Shown piece by piece: positions 13,231 to 26,149 of a stretch of 64,000 nucleotides of DNA. The stretch comes from Stegostoma tigrinum. Its lineage: Eukaryota. Each line of letters opens with the position of its first letter. Position 1 is the first letter of the stretch. The notes beneath the pieces are model-generated. The model was not told where the DNA came from. It was given only the letters and a program-made list of their open reading frames with translations, and did no database searches. The translations under genes and the position numbers were made by a program. The stretch spans positions 12,963,140-13,027,139 of the forward strand of contig NC_081404.1 of assembly GCF_030684315.1 (NCBI RefSeq), given 5' to 3'.

Positions 13231-16133
13231 CTATCTGACAGACAGGTAGACGCTTCACCTGAAAGATCTAAATAGCATTACTAATTGTGTCTATTTCCTG
13301 TGCACTCAAGTCAAAGGAACTACATTGTTTATTGGCTCATCTTGTGTATTACCTCAAGGGCATCTTACAGCAAACTATTCATGCAATAAATCAACTAATA
13401 GTGAAAAAGGTTAAAAAGGACTCGTGTGAAAATTCACATTTCTACATTTGCAATCAATGCAGCTCAAACAAGAGTAAATTTGAACCAAGGCATGAGCCTT
13501 CCAAAGTATAAGAAAGACCCAAGTGAAATATCAAAATGATTCTGTAACCTTGGTAGTCTTTGGGGATGGGGAGCAACCAGAAAAAGGTTCTAGATAGTCT
13601 CTGCTTGACAGTTCACTCTTGCTCAGATAAAGGATTCTAAAACAGAAACTTTCCTGAAAACGCATACACGCACACTGAGCAAAGGCAAGTTGTAACTCAA
13701 ATCTGACTGACTGACTCTTTCTTCTCCTCCAAAGCCACTACACAGTAGAATTGGTGGAAGCGACCCACTATAGCCTCAATCACTCACCACCGAAGCAGGA
13801 GGCTTGTCAAGAAAGAGACGGACAGTCACTTTAAGCTGCTGTAATCAGTAAGTGCTCATTCAAAAGTCAGAAGAACTAAGTGCTCAAGATAGGATACAGG
13901 GATGGAGAAGATTGCAACGACATGGTGTAACAAAGCCATGGATGAGCTTTAACTAACACATAGGGGATCTGGAACTCGAATAGATCAGATCAGTGAAAAA
14001 GAAAAACAGCCTTAACACGCAACAGAAAACATGCAGAATTTTGGACAAATTGAAGCTGAGAGAGGGGAAGAATGGAAAATAGCAAGAACATCAGAATCAT
14101 CCAAAATGTGTAGATGACAAACACAATTAGAGTGTCAGCAGCAGAGGGGTGAAGATACATACTGTGATGCAAATTCCCACTTGCCTGTCTGCAGCGTATT
14201 TAGTGTTCAAAGAGGATATCCTGTCTTTGTTTGAGGCTCTGGTCTGTAAACCTGTTTTCAGCATGTTAGTTTAACTACTTAAATTCTGGTTTAGCACCAG
14301 ATTAGTAGTTTTTCCCCCAGTGACTGCTAGATGTAAAATTCACTTTGGTGGCTAAAAATTGCCAATTTATCACTGGCTGGTTACTAAACCATCTTATTTC
14401 TTAAGATGCTGATTGACCTGCTATGTACTTCCAGCATTTCATAGCAACATTAGAAATTGAAGGAGAGATAGGCCATTCTGCCCTCCATCCTGCATGGCTG
14501 ATCTGATTATAGGCTTAATTCCATTTCCCTGCCTGCCGCCACAGCACCCCGAACTCAGCGGTCAATCAAAATCAATTGTGTTGTTTTATATCTGGTCTCA
14601 TGCACTTGCAATTTCTGCTTTTCAGGTAGAGTATTTCCAAGTAAATTTCATTTGTCATTAAATGCAGTCTGTTTGACTGTCCCCAGGAGTAGCCTACTAA
14701 CAAGACTTTTGTAAATTGTAACAATTTTGCTTTCTTATAGTGGTAAGAACTATTTTGCATCAGTGAGGCAGATGTTTGACATCTGAATTTATTAACACTA
14801 GGGTCAGCTCAAAACATCCAAAATTATTATGACAAACTTTCACTCTCACTTTAGCATAAAAGGATCTAAATTTGAATGAGTTTTAGCCCAAACTAAGCTG
14901 CTGGTCAAAGACTTTCACGGCTTCCAAAGAGCCATCCATCCTTTTGCTGGTGTCTCAGGGTTGTAAGGTTATTTTCCTTCATATTTGCTCCCTAGTTATG
15001 ATGCTGCATTAACATTTGAGGTGTCACACAACAGTCCTTAGGAGATATTAGCCAGTTTAAGTGCAAATATTTCCCTGATCATTCAATCACTAAGTTTATT
15101 CAGTAGAGATCCCAATCTTACAGAGAAGGAAGATCCTAGATCTCCACTTTATGCTGCTGATTGACCACCTGGCTGTGATCGATTACATGTGGCCTCAGCA
15201 CCTTCAATTATGGGTTGGGGATAGAAGGAGGAATCAGTAATATTAAAACCGAGAAGGATGCAAAGCTTAGAGAGATGTCAAACACTAAGATTTTGTTTTT
15301 TGGTTAAAGTTGAAACCAATCTTCTCCACAACTGGTGACTGTGCAGTTAACATTAGAAGTCAGATTGCAAGGATATTAGAAGTCAGCATGGAGGAAACTT
15401 AGCCAGTGGACAGTGTTCTGGCAGCATTTAGTTTGAATATATAATTGTTGAAGGTGATTACCAGCTCAATACTCAGTTACATTACCACCAGCATGCTTAA
15501 AGAGATCAAACAGCTACAAATAAGTGGCAATTCACATTTTATCTTGTTTCCCTTTTTGGAAACTAGAATCCTTTAACTAACAGTGTGAGAAAGCTGAATC
15601 ACTATCACACATGCAGCTTCCATCCCTTCAGATGGTATGGACTATCACATCCTCAAAAATGTCATGAAGCAGGTGAAGCAAGACACTTCTAAAACTACAT
15701 AAGCTGACCGCTGCTAGCTTATTTTTATACATGTTCACTTTCAAGTCCATTTGTTTTCCAGAGCAGGTTCAGTCACAAATAACTAACATTTACCGCAAGT
15801 GAACAAAATTGCATGAGTTTTAAGAAGTTGTCTTTCCTTCAAATTCTTTGTATATCAAAATGTAGAACCTACCATCCTTGTCCCTTGGTATATTTAAGAG
15901 TGGCAAACCAATCCAGCTTTATGAATACTTAAAAAAAAAATTTAGTCTAACATGTAAGAGTGAGCCAACTTTTAAGAGCTAATGACTTAAAAGAACAGAC
16001 TTTGCTAGTGATATTCATATACTGTACAGTAGATAGCTCTTTAATAAAGTGTTTAAAAATAAACTATTTTTAAAGCTGCTTTGAAGGCCCACAAATTAGG
16101 TACAATTGGGGAAACCAGGCATGGTGATTAATG

Positions 16134-16396
16134 TAATAAAGTGAGGCTGGATGAACACAGCAGGCCAAGCAGCATCTCAGGAGCACAAAAGCTGACGTTT
16201 CAGGCCTAGACCCTTCATCAGAGAGGGGGATGGGGAGAGGGTTCTGGAATAAGTTATTCCAGAACCCTCTCTCCAATGAAGGATCTAGGCCCGAAACGTC
16301 AGCTTTTGTGCTCCTGAGATGCTGCTTGGCCTGCTGTGTTCATCCAGCCTCACTTTGTTATCTTGGATTCTCCAGCATCTGCAGTTCCCATTATCT
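16134..16396. mobile_element. Short fold-back Penelope family-1 insertion
   Basis: Inverted copies of the pLTR centred on 16253; TSD ATGGTGATT(A/C)ATG at 16121-16133 and 16397-16409. Confidence 0.8.
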
Positions 16397-16949
16397 ATGG
16401 TGATTCATGCGATGGGGAGTGTGTGGCCATTTTTATGGGCAGGGCCCGTTTCTAACAATTGACCAGCATTGAAGATTGCAAAAGTGTGATTTGCACTGCT
16501 GGCTTGGTTGACTTCAGGTTAAGTGTTTGAAAAAAATTACATTGAATATTTTTGACATCTCTGTAATGGTAATTGGTATTTAGCCACAGCCTACAAAAGG
16601 ACCGTTGGCTTTTGTTATCATCATATAACATGTAGTAAAAGTCACCATAGTCCCGCAGGTCCATGGGGCTTCTCTCTCAGAGACTGACACCTGTGGAGAG
16701 TTTAACCAGAGGGTCTCCAAACCTCAGGCAAGGGGAGGGTTTGAGAAGGTGGGACCTTCATGGTGACTTGGCTGGCATGGGAACTGGACATACATCGTTG
16801 GCATCACTGTGCATGACAAGCCAACTGAGCTAAGTGACCCCAATAAAATATGATAATGACTTTTCTCAAAAGGAACCCAATGTGGTTGAAAAGCCTGTAC
16901 TCAGGAACATGGTTAATATGACCAGGTCCGTTGACAACAGTTGAATTGA

Positions 16950-17845
16950 ATTAGCTTTATTGTCACATATACTCCTCAAATGAGGAGTGAAAAAAGTTTA
17001 CAGTCACCACATTACAGCACCATTGTAGGTACAAAGGTACCGGAGGTACACATACGCAAATTCTTAGGAAACAACAAGAAAAAAAATTAGAAGAGGAAAT
17101 AAACAGACGAGCATCATAGGCCATAGAAATAAGTGAGAAAAATAAAGAAGTTAAAAAGTTCAGAACATCAGTCTTTCCGACCCAGTCCATGCTGGTACCA
17201 AGCCCCAAGGGACATTTTCACCACATCACTGCCGCCTGTGCTGGAACCAGCAATGTAGGACTCGCCCCACTTTCGGCGCCAATTCTTTGCCTCTGAACCC
17301 ACACACTCCCCACAACTAAGAGTCCCTGACTTTGCTGGCAGACCAGGGTGCCACCGGGCCACAAGTCCCACTTTGGCTGCAGACGTCACCTTGGCAGCAC
17401 TACCATCTTGAAAAGTCCGCTGCTGCCAGCACCACTGTTGCCAACTGCTGGACGAGCTTTGCTGCCATGGGCCCCAAATGCCAGGAGAATTACCTCACTG
17501 CTGCTGGCCTATTGCCAGGAGAATGTTCTCGCTGCCACTGCTGCTGCATCCAAACACCAGGAGAACATCTTTGCTGAGCTGCTGCCACAGGTCCCGAATG
17601 GCAGGAGAACGCACACGCCTCCTATCATCGGGAGAAGCCACATCTGCCACTCTGCATGCGGCCTGCTCTCGCTGCTGACCAATCCGCCACGGAAAGAAAG
17701 AAAAAAAAAACAAAAGAAAGGGGAAAATAAAGTGAAAGAAGAGAGCAGAAGAAAAAGTAAAACAAAGAAGGAAAGCAGATGGGAGTGGATAGGCCCCAGG
17801 TAAGAGCTCGCATGCAGCCCTGTTACTCTGCCACCATCTTGCACC
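16950..17845 (-). mobile_element. Unclassified GC-rich non-autonomous retroelement (related ends at ~18850-19033 + and ~45775-46310 -)
   Basis: Minus strand begins with AAGATGGTGGC and ends TGACAATAAA plus a short-repeat tail; internal degenerate tandem repeats. Confidence 0.5.
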
Positions 17846-17954
17846 GGACAGAACAGTAACACCAAAATTCCCAACAAAAAGAAGCCAAATTTTTCCAATA
17901 CAATTCCTCGTTTGTAACAGCCTACAACTTAAAGCTACAGTAGTTGCAGTCAGC

Positions 17955-18335
17955 CATCTGCAGTTCCCATTATCTCGGATACAATTTTAACATCACTGCA
18001 AGCCTCTTCCAGGGATGCCTAACCTGAAGAAGTTACCCTTCTCCCGCTGGACAAACCTCAGGGGATCTCTCTCCCACTGCAACTCTCTTGTCCATCCCTG
18101 CCCCTTTAACCTGTCTGTCTCCTCTCCACCTACCTTCTCCTCTATCCATCTTCAGTCCGCCTTCCCCCTCTCCCTATTTATTTCAGAATCCTCTCCCCAT
18201 CCCCCTCTCTGATGAAGGGTCTAGGCCTGAAACATCAGCTTGTGTGCTCCTGAGATGCTGCTTGGCTTGCTGTGTTCATCCAGCTCTACACCTTGTTATC
18301 TCAGATTCTCCAGCATCTGCAGTTCCCATTATCTC
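17955..18335 (+). mobile_element. Non-autonomous Penelope family-1 derivative with direct terminal repeats
   Basis: CATCTGCAGTTCCCATTATCTC at both 17955-17976 and 18314-18335; hammerhead-like core at 18209-18236. Confidence 0.75.
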
Positions 18336-19009
18336 CAATCCACAAAGGGTTTCCAGTTTGGAAACTAGAACGAATCTGGTGGATTAACAAAGGTACGCAA
18401 AAGTCTAGAATGAAGATAGTCACTTTAACACAAATTTTGTTTATACTTCACCTAGGAGCAGTTGCACCAGGATGAGCTTGTTAGTGTTCCCAAATTCAAT
18501 GTTCCTTTTGCTTGACCAGATGCTCAGAAAAATATGTCATTCCTCTTATGAAATTGAGTTATGAATGTTCCTTTTTCCAAACCAGAAGCATAAGAAATCA
18601 AATGGTGATGTAGCATGTGACACAGTCATACAAAGCAGATGGTTCCAGGTTTGAGCCCTGATCTTTGCAGTTAGCCAACTCAATCTCAGCGAGGGACATA
18701 CAAAGATGCTAAATACTTCTGGGGAACAAAATCTCCATTTTTACTAATTATTCATCCAAACCTACCAGAAAGCATGCACACAGTCAAAATTAGTGAGGAG
18801 GATGATGGGTTCATCTATGTCTACAGGGGCAAATACCTCGCCAATAACCACTGTCTAGTAGTAGCTAGGTTATTTCCCTCCACCACTTGGAATTTACAAT
18901 ATCTTTTCATTTTTCTCTTACTCTTGAAGTATAAATATGGTGCCATATTTGGTGATGAATGAAAGCTTTTCACTATATTTCTGACTGTAAAATACACATG
19001 ACAAGAAAA

Positions 19010-19033
19010 TCATTCATTCATTCATTCATTCAT
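19010..19033 (+). repeat. (TCAT)6 microsatellite, tail of a retroelement 3' end
   Basis: Read directly; preceded by TGACAAGAAAA. Confidence 0.8.
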
Positions 19034-19904
19034 ACTGCATCAAGTCTACAAAGAAAACAGATTGTCAGGTAACCTTACTCCAGGTCATAAATTACACTTT
19101 CATCAGGTTCGAATTATCCCCGCTTCCTACAAGAAACCAAATCTGCTTTAAATCTGTACTACCTTTGGGAATTAGGCAATAAGGGAGTCAGAAAATTGGA
19201 CTAAAGTCGCAACTGTTGGCAAAGTTCACAGGAAAAACAAATGGTAAACTAGATTTGAGGATATGAAAATTAATCATTTAGTCAAGAGCAGATGAGGCAT
19301 GATCCTTTTGAAACACGGTAGCTGGCAGAATTTGAGGAGAAATGGCAAATAAATTCTGAGCAAAGCACCATGAAACAAAGCAGTGTTTACTTGCCATTAC
19401 AAAAAGCAAATTGCCACTACAACTACAATGTCTAATGTTGCAGAGCGATCATGGTAAGGAGTCTTGGGGAATAACTATACAAACCCAAGTAACTCTCATG
19501 CGATTGCTAGTAGCTAGTTACACACCAGGGAGATAAGTAGCAGGAGCACATCGTTTGGCTGATCCAATACAGCAGGGTGTAACATGTATAATGTGAGATT
19601 AAAAGAAGCTGCAGGAGGTGGGTAAGAAGGGCAGAGATGAAAATTGTATACAAGTCCTAACTTTAATCAAGGAAAAATGATATATGATAGCACAATGCAA
19701 AAAAGGAATTGACTGTGTTCTGCAGTTATAAGCAAAAAGTTATCCTACATTGTTAATAAGAACAACGGGATCAAACTGCAACTGTTACAAAACCATCTGA
19801 TGACCTCTGATACTAATCCACTGTTGTGATTTCATAATCTGCAACTCATGACATAATGCTCACAATAATTTGCAGATTCATCTCATTATACACAGAAAAA
19901 CGTA

Positions 19905-20270
19905 AGATCTTGAAGGGTCTTGACATGGTGCAGTAGAGAGGATGTCTCCTCTTCCAGGAAATCAAGAACTAGGGGTCACTTTTTTTAAAAAAAAAACAGG
20001 TGTCATCCATTTAAAGTCAGATTAGACTTTTTTCTCTCTCAGGGGTCATGAGTCTTTGGAACACTCTTCCTGAAAAGGTGGTGGAAACAGAGTCCTTGAA
20101 TATTTTTAAGGCAGAGGTTAATAGATTCTTGTTAAGCAAGGAGACAAAAAAGGTAATCAGGGTTAAGCAGGATTGTGGATTTGAGGCTACAATCAGATCA
20201 GCCTCATTGAATGGTACAGCATGCTTGTGGGGCTGGATGGCCTACTCCTGCTTGTGGTTCATATGTTTAT
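19905..20270 (+). mobile_element. CR1 LINE 3' fragment (similar piece at ~59050-59385)
   Basis: SLWNTLPEKVVETESLNIFKAEVNRFL is a CR1 ORF2 C-terminus. Confidence 0.75.
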
Positions 20271-21559
20271 AAACAAACATCTTATTGAAGTGTATATTTC
20301 CAACAACATCTTTATGGCTGTTTCTACTTGGATGAGTGTGTCATGAGCAGCTGGTGTGAAGCAGAGACAAAGGACAAGCAATATTACAGAGTCAGAAGTG
20401 GGCAGTCTTTGTGATGAAGAAGAGGATATGGGCTTGGAAACTCAAAAGGGTTACAGATATCAAGGGATTTGGTTCAACCAATGATTATAGCCAAGAAGAG
20501 AGATAATAATCAACGACAACAGGCACAGAGTTTGAGGGGGAGGTGGGGGAAATAATAGTTATGGTCTCTGCAATGTTTTTAGGAGATAATGGTCATTTGA
20601 ACAAGGGTGTAAGGAATTGATGGGTGTAGAAAAGAATATGCTGGGAAAATGCAGGTGCCTTTGCAACAGTGTAAAGTTTGGGCAGCATTTCAGGTCAAAA
20701 ACGTTTTTTACTACAATCTTATGCTAGCAAGGAGCTGACACGGTCAGTGGCAGAGGCAATCTGTTTTGGTGATGTCATACGTGGGATTAATAGATAAATA
20801 TTGGTCAGAATGCCGAGAACTCCTCTGTTCTTCAACCGCTACCTTGGAACCTTTTAACTTGGCAAACTGATTTAATGCCTCAGAGTCAGCACCTCTGATG
20901 TTGCAGTAGTATTGCATTGGGGGATTCAGTCTATATTTTTGTGCTCGAGTCTCTGGAATAGGAATTAAACTTTCACCTTTTTAAAGAGTCAGAAGGTTGT
21001 ATCAACAGAATTACATTGCTTGTACTCACTCAAGTAGAGGATCACTAGGTGGAGATCAGCAGTGGGCATACTAACTGATTTTTCTTCTCACCAAGATGGG
21101 AGGGGTGGAAATGTCACTGCTAGTGGTCCATCCTTGAATCTTTTATGGTTGTGCACAATTACTCATTTCTTAATACTCAAAAGAATACATATTGTTATAA
21201 GCTTACCACATGATGTTAGTCAACTTTGAACACTTAAAAGCAACAGATTATCTCAGTAATTCTACAAAACATAGAAGCTACTTTGTGCAGTAACTCAGCA
21301 AGTGCTTTTCTCAGCAATAATACATTGATGACCAAGTTTGATATTGACAGCGTTAAATGTTCATCCACAAGGTTAAAGGTTCACTTTATGGCTCCACGTC
21401 AGAAACACTTGGCAAATATGCCGAAAACGTTGTACCTCATGCCTCGAGAAGTAGATTATCACATTTGATCTCCTTCAAAGCTCATTCCCTCCATCCCACC
21501 CAAACCAACACCACCACCCCCAAACCCAGAGACTGATTCTGGTGCTCCCATTGTGCTTA

Positions 21560-22635
21560 TACTTAAGAGGGAAATCAGGCAGGCAAAAAGGGGTTATTAG
21601 ATCGCTTTGGCAAATAGGGTTAAAGAGAATCCAAAGAGATTCTATAAATAAGTTAAGGACAAAAGAGTAACTAGCGAGAGAGAATAGGACCCCTTAAAGA
21701 TCAGCAAGGCGACTGCAGGAGATCAGCGAGATCCTAAACAAATGTTTTGCACCCATGTTTATTGTGGAGAAGGATATGGAAGATAGAGAACATGAGGAAA
21801 TAAATAGTAACATCTTAAAAAAAATGTCCATATTACAAACAAAGGTGGTGCTGGATATCTTAAAACGCATAAAAAGTGGATAAATCCCTGGGACCTGATC
21901 AAGTGTACCCAGAACTCTGAGAAACTAAGGAAGTGATTGTTGGGCCCTTTGCTGAGATATTTGCATCATTGACAGCCATGGGAGAGAGAGGCCAGAAGAC
22001 TGGAGGTTAGCTAATATGGTTCCACTATTTAGGAAAGGTGGTAAGGAAAAGCCAGGGAACTACAGACCGGTGAGCTTGACATTGGAGGGAATCCTGAGGG
22101 ACAGGATTTACATGTATTTGGAAAGGCAAGGACTGATTAGGGATAGTCAACATGGCTTTGAGAGTGGGAAATCATCTCTCACTAATTTAAATTGAAGTTT
22201 TTGAAAAAGTAACAAAGAGGGTTGATGAGGGCAGAGCAGTGGACATGATCTATCTGGACTTCAGTAAGGCGTTTGACAAGGTTCCTCAGGTTAGATCATA
22301 CGGAACACAAGGAGAACTAGCAATTTGGATGCAGAACTGGCTCAAAGATAGAAGACAGAGGGTAAGGTGGAGGGCTGCTTTTCGGACTGGAGACCTGTGA
22401 CCATCAGTGGGCCACATAGATTGATGCTGGGTCCACTGCTTTTTGTCACTTATATAAATGATTTGGACGTGAACAGTGGAGGTATGGATAGTAAGTTTGT
22501 AGGTGACACCAAAATTGGAGGTGTAGTAAACAGAGAAGAAAGTTATCTCCAGAGTACAATGGGATCTTGATCAAATGGGCCAATAGGCTGAGTGGCAGAT
22601 GGAGTTTAATTTAGATAAATATGAGGTGCTGCATT
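21560..22635 (+). mobile_element. CR1/HER1-like LINE, decayed ORF2 (RT)
   Basis: CR1 motifs: KSLGPDQVYP, PGNYRPVSLT, YLDFSKAFDKV, LGPLLFVTYINDLD, KFVGDTKIGG. Confidence 0.85.
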
Positions 22636-23990
22636 ATGTCCTTCCTATAATGCAGGAACCAGAACTATACACAACTCCAGCTGTGGTCTAAAAGTACAAA
22701 CAAAAAAAAAGTATATAGTTCCAGCATTATAGCCCCACTTCTGTATTCAATATCATTCCCAGCAAAGGAACACATCCCATATGCCTTCTTTACCAACTAA
22801 TCCACTTTTCCTGCCATCTTCAGGAACCTGTGGTCATGCACCCAAGGTGCTTCCTCCACCTTTCTCAAAACCCTCTTGTTTGTTGTGCATTCTTTTGCTT
22901 TGTTTACCCTCCCTCAAATTTATAACTTCATACTTCTTCAGATTGAATTCCATTTGCAAAATTTCCATTTGTCAGCTTTTCTGCCGATTCAACCAAACTG
23001 TCAATATTGACTTGCAGCTATCCTCTTCTTTACTACCAACTACCTGGTCAACACTTTGTCTGCAAATTGCCCAAACATGCCTCCCACCTTTTAAGTTTAA
23101 AACATTAACATATACAACAAACAGCAAGAAACCAAACATTTAACTCTGTGGAACACCACTAAACAAAAACTAGTTAATCTTTACCCTTTGGTTCCTGTCA
23201 CAGAGCAAATTTTGGACCCAGTTCACCACATTTCTGTGTCCAATGGGCTTTCATTTTCCTGACATTTCTCAATGATGACAGTCTCCTTATACAGGTAGCA
23301 TACTCTCATTCCTTGAGAAAAAGAATTGTATAATGGTTACAGTCCAGAAAGGAGGCTACTCAGTCCTTCGTGTTCAGGCCAGCTCTCTGCAACAGCTACT
23401 TGCCCCATACCACACATTTTTTTCCTCCTTTTTAAAGATAATTATCCAATATCCTTTTGAAAACCATGATTGACTTAGCCTCTACCACACTCTCAGGCAG
23501 TGCATTCTAGATTGCAATCACCAACTGTATAGAAAAGATTTTTCCTCATGCCACCTTGTTCATTTGCCATTCATCTTAAAATGACCATCTTCTGATCCTT
23601 CATCCTCCTACCAAAGGTAGGAGTCTCAGTTTTATCTTGACACCATGATTTTGAGTACCTATATTAAAATTTCCACTCCAACATTTTCTTCCATAAAAGA
23701 GAACTGCCTTAGTTTCTCTAATGTACCCAGATCACCAAAATCTCTCATCTCTGCAATCTATCATTCTCATGAGTCTTTCTGGTGCCTTTCTAGTAACTTC
23801 ACATCTTTCTAAACTGAGGCCTAAAATTGGACACAATATAGTTGATGCCAAACCAGTGTTTTGTAAAAAGCTTCACTGAAACCTCCTTGTATTTGTACTC
23901 TCAGCCTCTATTTATAAAGCCAAGAATCCCACATGACTTATTAACCAAACTGTCTTGCTATTTTACAGGGAGGTTTTTTTTAAATGTATG
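22636..23990 (-). mobile_element. Two decayed CR1-like LINE fragments in reverse orientation
   Basis: Reverse-complement CR1-like segments (CCAGAACTATACACAACTCCAGCTGTGGTCT; CCACACTCTCAGGCAGTGCATTC). Confidence 0.6.
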
Positions 23991-24332
23991 CAGCTCAGTC
24001 CAAGGGGTCTCCAGCATGAAGTGGTAGCATTATATGGCACACTAAAGTAACCTTCTAGATCTTTCCTAATCAAATTCTATAATGCTGCCTCACCTCATTC
24101 TTCCTCCCAAAATTATTTAATTTTAAATTTAAAATCTTACATGAAATTTTATTTGGAAAGACATATAGTTCTCATATTTACACAGATTGTCAACTATCTC
24201 TTTTATATCTGTTTTCAGTCAAAAGGGTTTGCCAGATGCTGAATTCAACTGGGCGTAATGCTTCTTTAACTTAATTCAGAGTTAAAAGGAAAGCCAAAAG
24301 TATTCGCTACCAGAAGTCCAAAACAAACTTAC

Positions 24333-24392
24333 AATACACTCACGAACTCTGTTGTGGAAGAGCTTTGCTCTAATCATAACTTCGTCTTCCAT
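24333..24392 (-). CDS. LMBR1L: LMBR1L (limb region 1-like / LIMR) coding exon 1
   Basis: Minus strand reads ATG...MEDEVMIRAKLFHNRVRECI followed by a GTAAGT donor. It resembles the vertebrate LMBR1L N-terminus (…EQLFHERIRECI) and lies next to an alpha-tubulin cluster, as LMBR1L does in mammals. Confidence 0.9.
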
Positions 24393-24479
24393 CGCGACCC
24401 TTCATGACTGAGGACACACACTGCCTGCTACCTCGATCTCTGAAGCTGTAGCTCTCTCGACAGCTCAAGCTCCACACAG

Positions 24480-24790
24480 CTGCAAACTTCCAAGCCACCT
24501 CATGCTGCACAATCATCATAGAACACGACCCCGGATTGGATACAAAACTCTAAGCACAAACATGGTCCCCAGCACACCATTGGCGGAGAGCGCTGCTCTA
24601 ATGTAACGCGGCAAATAATTGACTAAAATGCATACCAAGCTCTTCGCGACTGGCTGCAGCGCTAAACAGATCGGTGCGAGTGCTGAGAATATAGCCAATA
24701 GTAAGAGCGAATAGAAAGGGTTTGCACACTTGATTGGGCATAGTTTTGTCCAACAGAGAAGTAGCTGAATGACAAGGCGAGAAGCTCCAC
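24480..24790 (-). promoter_or_regulatory. Putative LMBR1L promoter (CpG-enriched, CCAAT-rich, no obvious TATA)
   Basis: Local CpG enrichment directly upstream of exon 1. CCAAT/ATTGG boxes at 24535, 24579, 24695 and 24733. Confidence 0.6.
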
Positions 24791-26149
24791 TGAAGCCTGT
24801 AACTGGTTGAATATCTTCCATTTAAATCATGCATCAGTATCTGGAAATGTGGCTGAAAGATAGTCCCCCCCGCCATCTCTAATACAGAGTTGTGAAACAT
24901 GTAACCTATAGGCCGAGGAAAACCCCCTGTTTGTAGAGCAAACCGTGTACCAAGGCAGTTAGTATGCAAGGTATGAGCTTTACACACAAGAAATGGAAAC
25001 TGTCTTGCTTAATATAAAAGCGTAGCCTTTAGTAAGTACAACATTCAGAGATGATACTTTTATTGGCAGAAGCAAGTCTGACTAAAAGGAAACATGAAAT
25101 TGTTATCTAGAAACGTTATTTTTTAAACAAAGTGTATGCTTTCAATTAATCCCTACTGTTAATTTCTGTAACACTCAGTCCTTGTTATCCGTGTACTCGC
25201 AAGGTCAGCCCCACGCCCCATTTTGTTTTTCCCCCATTGACTCGTCGGTTGCGTTGACGGTCTATAAGAGTTACATCGCAGCGGTATCCGCTTGATGGCT
25301 GAGCCCTTATCCCCCGCGAATAACGAGGAATTCGTAAATATCTGAAATGCAGACAGACAGTAAAGCTGTCATTCGCGAAATATTACGAATGCCGCCAGTC
25401 CCCTCCAGATTTCGCATTTTTGTTGCGCCGAGTGCCGAGAAAAGCTAACGGTTATTTGAATGAATTAATGATAAAGGAGGGAAATTTAAATTGACGAATC
25501 ATCAGCTGCATGCATGTAAATCAGCACGAACATATCGCCGCCTGGAGGCAAACACGGAGATTTAGTTTTTCCTGGATTCCAAGACCATTTGTTCCAGTCT
25601 CCCAAAATCTCCAATGTATTATTTGTGGCAGAAACAGAATATGATAGAAACACCCCGCAGATCAGTGGAGAAAAGCACGTTAACGTTTCAGGCACGTTAT
25701 CCTCCAGATTTCCAGTATTTTATTTTGTTATTGCCTATGGTGTGAATTACTGTCTGGAACAATTTGTTTAATCAAGGTGTCTCAATCCATCGTAAATAAA
25801 TTCCTTATTTACAGTAAAGACACTTCCGATGTTATGGAAATACTGCAATTGGATGCTGTTTTTCACATAAATTTGTCCTTTCTACGAGTAGAAAGTTGTT
25901 GTTCATTATTCCAATGCCTGGAAAATGGTGGAGGCAGGGTCAATGCAGGCCTTTGAGAGGGTACTGGATAGATATTTAGAAATGGAGTGCATGGATAGGG
26001 GGAAAAGACAGGAGTCTGACACTATGTAATGGGACCAGTCCAGAAGGAGCTACCTACCTATCTCTGAGCCAAGAGGCCCAGCCCAAGTCCTACCTGTGCC
26101 AGAGGTGTGTAACAACATCTCTGAACGGTCATGAGAAAATATCTAGAAC

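Noticed and set aside
17168-17898. ORFs of 70-150 aa as a possible novel gene
   Set aside because: Low-complexity products of a GC-rich repetitive insert within an intron, with no splice structure.
826-24332. ZRS (SHH limb enhancer) homologue
   Set aside because: The ZRS lies in intron 5 of LMBR1. Only introns 1-2 and part of intron 3 of the paralogue are present here, and I saw no ZRS-like sequence.
24516-24987. ORFs of 101 and 129 aa upstream of LMBR1L
   Set aside because: They overlap the promoter region, show no recognisable homology and are of a length expected by chance.
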